Shown here in pieces: positions 47,373 to 58,087 of a stretch of 64,000 bases of DNA. The DNA is from Verrucomicrobiota bacterium (lineage in GTDB: Bacteria; Verrucomicrobiota; Verrucomicrobiia; Opitutales; Intestinicryptomonadaceae), in contig QALA01000079.1 in the NCBI GenBank assembly GCA_003343565.1, forward strand, positions 2,937-66,936, read 5' to 3'. Every line of letters begins with the position of its first letter. Within the stretch, counting starts at the first letter, position 1. The notes beneath the pieces are model-generated. The model had not been told where the DNA came from. It was given only the letters and a program-made list of their open reading frames with translations, and ran no database searches. The position numbers and the translations under genes were made by a program.

Positions 47373-48974
47373 ATGAAATTGCACATCTCGACCAACGCGC
47401 TCGCCGCCGCGGCTTTCCTGTCGGCCGCCCCGCTTTTCCTCGCCGCCGAAACCTACTATTTCGACACCAACACTCTGAGCTCCTTGGGATACTCTTCCGA
47501 CATTATGTTCAGCCAATCCCTCTCCATTGAAAACGGCGGCTCCACCGTCTATCTTTGGTACACCAAGAGCGAAGACGGCGCAAAGACATACCTTACGGAA
47601 CTGCCGAACCTCTCGGAGACGGGCTCGCAGGGAAATCCCCTGCACTCCATATCGTTCGGGGAATCGCAGGCCGGATTTTCGCGCACCTTATTTTTTGATA
47701 CCGACATAAACGTCGCCAGAATCGACAACTACGCCACGAATTTCGTGCCCAAAATGCAAAGCGAAGAATACTCGGCATCCGTCGGCACGATTTCCGGCCA
47801 TTCGTATTACACGGGATTCTACGGAAACGCCACAAACCTCGTCGTCGGGGACATAGACAACGCTTCAGGCTGCGTCACCGTTCTCGGAGATACGAGCAGG
47901 CCCCTAAAAAGCCTGCGCGTGACCGGAACGTGGAATATTATGTCAAACGGGGGCGGCGCAAGGTCGTGCCTCTACGTGACGGATACGGAAAACCACGGCA
48001 TAGACAATCCGGACGCCGTAATAAACAGGGTGTACGCGTCGACTTCAAAACAGTCCGATGCCCTGTTGTCCTACGGAATATGTTATACGAGTCTGACCGC
48101 GGCTATAAATGCGGACTCGTACACATGGTTCAACTCGTTTGAGGGAACGGCGGGGATAGTCGTTTCGGGTTCGGAATCCTCGACGGGAACGCTGACTGCA
48201 GTGTTTACAAACTCCATTTCCGCGTCGTCCAACGGTTCGCTGTGGGAGGGAGACAGGACCTTTAACCGCAACGAAAACGGCGGAGGCAAACTCGCCTTGG
48301 TTATGAGAAGCTCGACGCAAACGGAAACGGGCGAATACGTATATTTAAACAATACGCAGACATTCGGCGGCGACTACATGGGATTTAGCGGCGGAGTGGA
48401 TATGATAAGCGGCGGGCTTTTCCTCAACTACTCCGCAACCGGAGCCGATCGCACGCACGGAAATCTTAAACTGCGGAAGGCCGAAGGGGCTCAGGCCGCG
48501 GTATTCGGCAACAGCGCGGCGGAAGTCGGCGGAACATTCGTATTTACGGATCTCGAAGTCTCCGACGGCGGAGGCTCCATACGCGTCCGCCTGGATTTGA
48601 ACGACAACCTCGACCTGATTTTCGACTCCATTTCCCTCACGGGCGCCGCCGCCGGCAGCGGAGAGGTGAAAATATCGTTTGCCAATGCGCTCGGACAAAG
48701 CCCGGAGGACTATCTGGCGTTTCTCATAGCCGAAAGCGCGCAGGAGGGCATAAAAGTCATATCTTGGGCGCAGGCCGCCAGCTCCGACATCATATTTACT
48801 ACAGACGACGAATACGCAACGATAATGCACGACGGAGTCGAATACATGTTTTCAGCATACAACGGCGCGGACGGATTGTACGTAGCCTACGTCGTTCCGG
48901 AACCCGCCGAATGGGCGGCGGCGTTCGGGATTCTCGCGCTTGCGGCGGCGGCTCTGCGCAGGCGCGGGCGTTAG
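47373..48974 (+). CDS. Secreted PEP-CTERM-anchored protein (beta-strand-rich passenger)
   Basis: Trimmed to ATG 47373 (MKLHISTNALAAAAFLSAAPLFLAAE signal). The C-terminus VPEPAEWAAAFGILALAAAALRRRGR is PEP motif plus TM helix plus Arg cluster. Ser/Thr/Gly/Asn-rich body. Confidence 0.85.
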   Translation: MKLHISTNALAAAAFLSAAPLFLAAETYYFDTNTLSSLGYSSDIMFSQSLSIENGGSTVYLWYTKSEDGAKTYLTELPNLSETGSQGNPLHSISFGESQAGFSRTLFFDTDINVARIDNYATNFVPKMQSEEYSASVGTISGHSYYTGFYGNATNLVVGDIDNASGCVTVLGDTSRPLKSLRVTGTWNIMSNGGGARSCLYVTDTENHGIDNPDAVINRVYASTSKQSDALLSYGICYTSLTAAINADSYTWFNSFEGTAGIVVSGSESSTGTLTAVFTNSISASSNGSLWEGDRTFNRNENGGGKLALVMRSSTQTETGEYVYLNNTQTFGGDYMGFSGGVDMISGGLFLNYSATGADRTHGNLKLRKAEGAQAAVFGNSAAEVGGTFVFTDLEVSDGGGSIRVRLDLNDNLDLIFDSISLTGAAAGSGEVKISFANALGQSPEDYLAFLIAESAQEGIKVISWAQAASSDIIFTTDDEYATIMHDGVEYMFSAYNGADGLYVAYVVPEPAEWAAAFGILALAAAALRRRGR

Positions 48975-49004
48975 CGCAAACGGCGGCGTTAAAAAGGCCT
49001 TTGC

Positions 49005-49036
49005 GGCGCGCAAATTTTGCGCGCCGTTTTTGCTTT
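49005..49036 (+). terminator. Intrinsic terminator of the PEP-CTERM gene
   Basis: Perfect palindrome ggcgcgcaaattttgcgcgcc (9-bp stem, 3-nt loop) followed by gTTTTTgcTTT. 30 nt after the stop. Confidence 0.85.
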
Positions 49037-49470
49037 ATCGAAAACGCCGAAAAAGCCGCCGGACGATTTTTTGCGAAAGAACGAAGCGGTTTCGGCAAGG
49101 AAATAATTTCCGGCGTTTGGGCGAAGAAGGCCGTCCGCATTTAATGGATTATATTTAACGGATTGCGTTTGACGGATTGCATACAACGCATTCCGAACTT
49201 TCGCGGCTCTTGTCCGCCTTTTTGGGAAGGCGCAAAAAATTTTTTTGCCGAATCTGCCGGAGCGTTTGCGGCATTCGCACCGCTGCGCCGGAAATTCTTG
49301 CGCCGAGGATTCCCTTTGCCGAAATTCCATTTGCCTACATTTCCGCGCCGTCAAAGGGAAAATTAAAGCGCACGTGCAAAAGTTCGCGTTAGGACGCGCG
49401 AAAAGAATTTATTAAAGTTTCGCCCAATTTGCGCTTGAACGGCGTCTGCGAACGCCCTATTTTTTTGCCT

Positions 49471-50823
49471 ATGAAAAAAGTATTCGCTTTATTGACGTTA
49501 TTCGGAACTCTCGCGGCATTTGCGGAAAGCCCAAACATAGTATTGCCCAATCAAAGGCAAATAGAATGGGCCGAATGCGAGATAGGCCTGATTCTGCACC
49601 TCGATCTGCAATGCTTCAAACCCGACTACAAATGGCGCAATTTCGGTTCCCACCCGCCGGCCTCCATCTTCAATCCGGCCGAGTTGGACACCGAACAGTG
49701 GATGCGCGCCGCAAAGGCGATAGGCGCAAAATACATCGTGTTCGTGGCAAAGCATTGCAGCGGATTTTCGCTCTGGCCCACAAAGGCGCACGAATACAGC
49801 GTTAAAAACGCCGCGTGGAAGGGGGGAAAGGGCGACATCGTGCGCGAGTTCGTGGACTCCTGCCGGAGAAACTCCATAAAGCCCGGCATTTACGCCAGCA
49901 CCAGCGCGAACGGGCTGTTTCATGTCGATAGGGGGATTGTAGCCAAAGGCGCTCCCGTAAGCCAGTCTGAATACGGAAAAATGGTAAGCATGCAACTGGA
50001 GGAACTTTGGTCGAATTACGGCGAATTGTTCGAAGTGTGGTTTGACGGCGGCGTGCTCTCGAAAGCCAACGGGGGCGAGAGAATACTGCCCCTGCTGAAG
50101 AAGCTGCAGCCCAATGCGATTGCCTTTCAGGGGCCGTACATGTTTGAAAACCTAATCCGCTGGGTGGGGAACGAGGACGGAACGGCGCCCTACCCCTGCT
50201 GGGCCACGGCGAACGAAACCACGGATTCCGACGGAACGGTCGCCGTCAAGGGTCTGCACGGGGATCCGAACGCAAAATTCTGGTGCCCCGGCGAGGCGGA
50301 CTTCCCGCTGCGCTGGAATCGGGCCTTCCAAGGCGGCTGGTTCTGGAAAGCCGGCGAGGACGACAAACTCTTCACCGTCGAGCAGCTGATGAAAAAATAC
50401 GAAACCAGCGTGGGCAGAAACACGAACATGCTTGTCGGAGTCGTGATTGACTCGCGCGGCCTTGTGCCGGACGCCGACATGAAAAGGCTCGAAGAATGGG
50501 GCGCGCAAATAAGGAAGATGTACGGCAGTCCCATAGCGTCCAAATCGGAGAGCGGCGGAAGCTCGTTCACGATAACGTTCGACTCCCCCAAGACCGTCGA
50601 CCGCGCCATAATTCAGGAGGACATAAAATTCGGCGAGCGCGTGTTGGAATACGCGCTTGAGGGGCTCGAATCCGGCAAGTGGATTCCCCTGTCAAAGGGA
50701 ACGTGCGTGGGGCACAAGCGCATAGACAAGTTTGAGCCAAAAAAGATTTCCGCCCTGCGCTTCACGGCGACAAAAACCAAAGCGGAACCCAAAATCAAGA
50801 CTCTGCTGGCTTTTGAAAAATAG
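49471..50823 (+). CDS. Secreted alpha-L-fucosidase (GH29)
   Basis: Trimmed to ATG 49471 (MKKVFALLTLFGTLAAFAE signal). GAKYIVFVAKHCSGFSLWPTK matches the GH29 HHDGF-type segment. C-terminal beta-sandwich domain. Confidence 0.9.
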   Translation: MKKVFALLTLFGTLAAFAESPNIVLPNQRQIEWAECEIGLILHLDLQCFKPDYKWRNFGSHPPASIFNPAELDTEQWMRAAKAIGAKYIVFVAKHCSGFSLWPTKAHEYSVKNAAWKGGKGDIVREFVDSCRRNSIKPGIYASTSANGLFHVDRGIVAKGAPVSQSEYGKMVSMQLEELWSNYGELFEVWFDGGVLSKANGGERILPLLKKLQPNAIAFQGPYMFENLIRWVGNEDGTAPYPCWATANETTDSDGTVAVKGLHGDPNAKFWCPGEADFPLRWNRAFQGGWFWKAGEDDKLFTVEQLMKKYETSVGRNTNMLVGVVIDSRGLVPDADMKRLEEWGAQIRKMYGSPIASKSESGGSSFTITFDSPKTVDRAIIQEDIKFGERVLEYALEGLESGKWIPLSKGTCVGHKRIDKFEPKKISALRFTATKTKAEPKIKTLLAFEK

Positions 50824-51525
50824 CCTTCGGGAATCCAAAAAAACGGGCGGGCGAAAGCGTCCAATTAAAACCGCCCTTCGGACGTTTGGCTGCGCGCCTT
50901 CCCTAAAATAGGCGGCGGAATGAACGGCGAATCGGACGCTAAAGCGCAAGGCGAGTTGAAAAACTCCTTGCGCTTTCTCTTGCCCTCTGGGCGGCGCAAA
51001 GTCATAGATGTCGCTTGGAAAATTGAGGCGGAAAAATTGTCGGATAGTTGGGGGCACATTGTTTCGCCCAAGCGGAGGTATTAAATTAAAGCGCCTCGCG
51101 CATTCAAATGGGCTTTCGCATCTGCCGCCTTTTGGCAGCGGGACATTAAAGAACAACCGCTTGCCGCAACCCTGCGCGCAGAATGCGCCGGCAATCTGCA
51201 AAATCGAACTGCCGCCGCCGTGCGAAAAGCGGCAACGGAAAGCAAATCCGGACGGCGGAAAATGGCGCCATAATGCCTGTCGGCCGCAGATGCGGCAACG
51301 CAACGGGCGATATGCGCATTTTCCGCAATGGCGAAAGCGAAAAAATCAAAACCATGCAATCCCGCCGAATCCATTGAAGACTCCCAATAATGCGGGCATC
51401 GCAAACTGACAGCGAAACCGCGCAATGAAACAAAGCGGTGAAAATTCCGACATTATAAGCGCGCCGCAAATATTTAGAGGCGCAAAAAAAAATCAGCGCG
51501 CAATCAGCAACGCCCTGCGGGAAAG

Positions 51526-52125
51526 TCAGAGGATTCCCGCGCGCTTAAACATCTCGGCATAGAGTTGCGCCTTTTGGGATACGGGCTTTGGATAGGCGCG
51601 CGAAGAGGAGGGCATCGCGTAGAAGTCAAATTCCCTGCCGGCAAATTTTACGCGAACGGAGCCGCCCGCGGAAGGCGCGCGCGTCTTGCAAATTTCCGCA
51701 AGAGTCTCCGCCGCCTTTTTTCCGGCGGCGGCAATCGACGAGCATTCCGGCAGCCTCGCAAGAGCCGACGCCAAATCCAAAGGCTCGCATATCTCCAAAA
51801 AGGCGTCGCTCGCATTGCCCCGCAGGCGCCTTACCGACACGGCCGTATCGTAGAGCGCGATTTTTTTTAGCCGCAAGAAATTTTCCAACCGCGCCTTATC
51901 GAACGCCTTTTTGCCCTCCGCCACAAAATGCTGCAAATCCGCGAAGAAAACCGCGCCGAATATGCGCCACATGTCGTTTTGGAAGTTTGGATAGAAAAAG
52001 TCCATGCACCAGCGTTCGCGTCCCGGAGGAAACGTTCCCAACATCAACAGCTTCGCTCCGGCCGGAAAAAACGGCTCAAGCGGGTGACGCTCCAAAGTTG
52101 TCGAAGTTTTTGATCTGTCGGACAT
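51526..52125 (-). CDS. Uracil-DNA-glycosylase-superfamily protein, DNA-deoxyinosine (hypoxanthine) glycosylase-like
   Basis: Trimmed to ATG 52125. LMLGTFPPGRERWCMDFFYPNFQNDMWRIFG resembles the GSFPS...FYY-x-HP-x-N-x-FW motif of family-6 UDGs. 199 aa. Confidence 0.7.
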   Translation of the reverse strand: MSDRSKTSTTLERHPLEPFFPAGAKLLMLGTFPPGRERWCMDFFYPNFQNDMWRIFGAVFFADLQHFVAEGKKAFDKARLENFLRLKKIALYDTAVSVRRLRGNASDAFLEICEPLDLASALARLPECSSIAAAGKKAAETLAEICKTRAPSAGGSVRVKFAGREFDFYAMPSSSRAYPKPVSQKAQLYAEMFKRAGIL

Positions 52126-52909
52126 GGAATTTAGAATTTGCCGTCTCGGAATTGCCGAAAGCGGCGCGGCTTGAAATGCCGGCTCTTTTTTTCCGCCCGT
52201 TTTTGCGCGCCGCAAATGCGAACGGCCCTACGCGGAGGGTCATTTTTGAAGCGATTATTCGATACATGGCAAATCTGTTCAAGCGCAAAAGAAAGATTCG
52301 TCTTTCTTGCCCATTACCGCCTTACCGCACGCTTCGGCCGCAGATTTTGCGTTGCGGGTTTGCAAGCGGAATATCGAAAACGCAATAACGGGTTAGACAA
52401 TTTGGAGCATAGCGGATTGCGGCAAATTGCGATTATGATTTGAGTTCGGAAATATTTTTTACCCCCCCCAACCTTTAAAAACGTATCCGCGCCACAACTA
52501 AGGCAATGCCTTGAAAACTTCTTTCAATAGGCGGAAATCATGGATACTTCAACCCCATGCGCAGGACGAAAATATTGCGGGGCATAGGGGCGAAACATTC
52601 GAAAATCTCCCGCGCGCCGCGCGCTTCGCCGCGCGAACGCAAGGAGGAAAAATCCGAAAAAAAAACGCAAATTCCGCCGCCCTTTCAAAGCGTCCCCGCA
52701 TCGCGCCGCTTTTTTTCGAAAACCGCCGAGAATCTCCGAAACGGGAGGCGCAAACGCGAAATCCTTTTCAGATTCCGCCCCATTTTCGCAAAATAAAATT
52801 CGCTATGCGCCAAAAACCGAAAAATGCGCGCGGTTTAGAAAAAATCCTTGAAAGGAAAAAGGACGCGAATAAAAAACTTTTCCTGTTTTTTTAAGGAAGG
52901 ATTAGCCTA

Positions 52910-53773
52910 ATGAAATTCCACAAATACCACGCCCTCGGAAACGACTATCTCGTTCTCGACCCAATCGACTGCCCAAAATGCCCCGAAGGTCTCGACATCG
53001 TGAAAATCTGCCACAGAAACTTCGGACTCGGTTCCGACGGAATTCTCTTCGGCCCCGAAAAGAGCGACAAGGCCGACTTCAAGCTGCGCATACTCAATCC
53101 CGACGCGAGCGAGGCCGAAAAGAGCGGAAACGGCCTTCGCATATTTTCCAAATACCTATTCGATTCCGGAAGGGTCTGCGAGGACAAGCCCTTCACGGTC
53201 GACACGCTCGGCGGCGTTGTCACCTGCGCGGTATCCGGCGGCGGCAATATGATAACCGTTGAAATGGGAAAGGTCAGCTTCGACTCCGACCGCATTCCCG
53301 TGGCCGGACCAAAGCGCGAGGTAATAAACGAAGAATTTGAAATCCGCGGCGCAAAATACAAATACTGCTGCGCGACGGTCGGGAATCCGCACTGCGTGCT
53401 GCCCATGGAAAGCGCGAGCGCGGAGCTTGCAAAACAAATCGGGCCGGACATCGAAAATATGACTTCGCTCTTCCCGAACCGCACGAACGTCCAGCTTCTC
53501 CAAGTTTTGGACCGCAACAATATCAAAATCGAGATATGGGAACGCGGCGCGGGATACACGCTGGCTTCCGGAAGCAGCTCAAGCGCGGCGGCCGCCGTCG
53601 CGCACAAATTGGGACTTTGCGATTCGGACATAACCGTCCATATGGAGGGCGGAGATCTGAAAATCAAAATAGCCCCGGACTTCTCCATAACGATGAGCGG
53701 CCCGGCGACAAAAGTCGGCGTTTACGACATGTCGGATTGCGTACTCGCCCAGACTCTTCCCGGAGCGCGTTAA
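52910..53773 (+). CDS. dapF: Diaminopimelate epimerase
   Basis: MKFHKYHALGNDYLVLD, catalytic Cys motifs GNPHCV and SGSSS-type segment. 287 aa. AGGAAGG about 10 nt upstream of the ATG. Confidence 0.95.
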   Translation: MKFHKYHALGNDYLVLDPIDCPKCPEGLDIVKICHRNFGLGSDGILFGPEKSDKADFKLRILNPDASEAEKSGNGLRIFSKYLFDSGRVCEDKPFTVDTLGGVVTCAVSGGGNMITVEMGKVSFDSDRIPVAGPKREVINEEFEIRGAKYKYCCATVGNPHCVLPMESASAELAKQIGPDIENMTSLFPNRTNVQLLQVLDRNNIKIEIWERGAGYTLASGSSSSAAAAVAHKLGLCDSDITVHMEGGDLKIKIAPDFSITMSGPATKVGVYDMSDCVLAQTLPGAR

Positions 53774-53997
53774 AACGCTCCGACTAAGAGTCCGCCCGCG
53801 CGCCGATTGTCCGAATGGGAGCTTTCCCAAGAAGGAAACGGCTTGCGGTTTAATCCCGCCCGTAAGCCTAAGCGCGAATCGCGCGAATGCGCGCCGACAA
53901 GCGGACTAAAAGTTTCGGAAAATAAAGCTTGAAAAGCAAACGCACTCCCGACAATATCGCATGTAATTTTTTAACTAAATAAACTAAAGGAACATTT

Positions 53998-54168
53998 ATG
54001 CCCCGCGAGATAGTAATCATAGAATGCACAGAAGCGCGCAAGGAGAACAAATCGCCCTCGCGTTATATGACGACGCGCAACCCGCGCAAACAGACGGAAA
54101 AAGTCGAAAAGATGAAATACAATCCCGCTCTGAAGCGCCGCACCCTGCACCGCGAAATAAAGAAGTAA
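53998..54168 (+). CDS. rpmG: 50S ribosomal protein L33
   Basis: Hand-translated 56-aa ORF, below the track cutoff: MPREIVIIECTEARKENKSPSRYMTTRNPRKQTEKVEKMKYNPALKRRTLHREIKK. It matches the L33 pattern (ECTE...RY.TT.N.R...K.E..KY.P...RHT.H.E.K). AAAGGA lies 6 nt upstream and a strong terminator follows. Confidence 0.9.
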   Translation: MPREIVIIECTEARKENKSPSRYMTTRNPRKQTEKVEKMKYNPALKRRTLHREIKK

Positions 54169-54191
54169 TAGCCGCTTTACGCGCGAATCAA

Positions 54192-54225
54192 GAAACCGGC
54201 CCTACGATTGGAGGGCCGGTTTTTT
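54192..54225 (+). terminator. Intrinsic terminator of rpmG
   Basis: aaccggccct-acgattgg-agggccggtt (10-bp perfect stem) followed by TTTTT. Confidence 0.9.
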
Positions 54226-54630
54226 TGCGGCGGCAGGTCTGGCCGATTTTTTAGAAGATGTCAAATCTCCGCAACGCCGCCCGCGCGGCAACGGCTCATT
54301 GGGCGGCATTTTTTGCCCGCGGCAAGCGGCAAATTGCCGAGGTTTTTTCGCCCCCCCCCCAAAGAAAACCTCTTCCAAATCCCTCTTCATTCTGAGCGAA
54401 GACGAAAATGCGCCGCCTAAAAAGACAATTAAAACATTTATGCCAAAACAGCTTGAAGAAAAATAATTCCCTTGATAGTTCGGCACATGCCTCCCCAAAT
54501 TTAACCCTCCAATCTGCGCGAAAAATTTTTTTAATCGCTCCAACCTTTCACGCCATATTCCCGCAATAGCAATAGCCCCGATTTTCAAAAGCGCCTTTCA
54601 AATATCGCATGCCGCGCGAAACGCGCCCGC

Positions 54631-54664
54631 AAAAAAAATGCGCGCCCAATACATGGCGCGCATT
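54631..54664 (-). terminator. Intrinsic terminator of ppdK
   Basis: Minus strand reads atgcgcgcc-atgtattg-ggcgcgcat (9-bp perfect stem) followed by T8. About 25 nt after the stop. Confidence 0.9.
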
Positions 54665-54687
54665 CGCACATTGAAAAAACGTCAACT

Positions 54688-57456
<2,769 letters not shown>

Positions 57457-58087
57457 AATATGCAGTAGTATTTTGTTGTTTTTCTTTATGCCTCTATTCA
57501 TTTGATCGCAGCCGAAACGGACGGCACAAAACCCCGCAGAAAGCGCGCTAACAGTCAGAATCGTGCCCAGGCAGATTGAGACATTCGCGGTTTCCAACCG
57601 TTGCAGTTTTTCAATGGATACCGCAAAAAAGCGCGTCGGCGCTTCCGCCAAACATATCGGCCGCCAAAATCCGGGCGTCCTCTTAAAAAAGCGGAATTTT
57701 CCGCGCGGTCACCTTTTTGTCAGGCCGGGCCGCGCGTCCGGCAAGGAAATAATCGTCTGCGAAATACGCATTGCGCGCAAACGACAATTACTCCCGTCGC
57801 ACAAGTATTTTTTTTCAGAGTTGTATAGGCCCGATATCAAGTCAAGTCTTATTTCTTCCGAAATGCCGCATTTGAAAGTTTTTTGCGGATTTTCCCGCGA
57901 AAATGCGCGCCGTCTGCCGCGCAACGCGAAAACGGGAATATCCGCCGAAGGCGGCGAAAAACTTGACACGCCCTCCAAAAGCGCAATTCTAAAAGGGCGC
58001 ATTGCCGCTGCCGGCGGGATTCGCAGACGGGATTGCGACGGCAATTCGCAAACTGACAAAATTATCGGGAGGAGACGTCAAGAAACC

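Noticed and set aside
50692-51469. ORFs of 64-203 aa inside the convergent spacer between the fucosidase and the glycosylase genes
   Set aside because: The translations are Arg/Cys/Pro-rich and non-protein-like. They overlap each other in several frames, show no RBS or start context, and one overlaps the fucosidase 3' end.
52853-52892. Hairpin plus T7 immediately upstream of dapF; considered as an attenuator or lysine riboswitch expression platform
   Set aside because: The stem is 7 bp with only two G-C pairs and an 18-nt loop. No L-box core motifs (GAGGCGC, GCCGAAG, ACUGUCA, GGAGAG) are visible in 52440..52900.
57563-58087. 175-codon N-terminal extension of the listed ORF 57563..60052. Similar upstream extensions occur at 26288..26488 (recN), 30492..30707 (lpxD), 36768..36911 (lpxA), 46848..46919 (mqnE), 47196..47372, 52126..52215 and 57457..57651
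   Set aside because: The extensions are non-protein-like. They precede an internal Met that starts a canonical N-terminus or signal peptide, and several would overlap the neighbouring gene or promoter.
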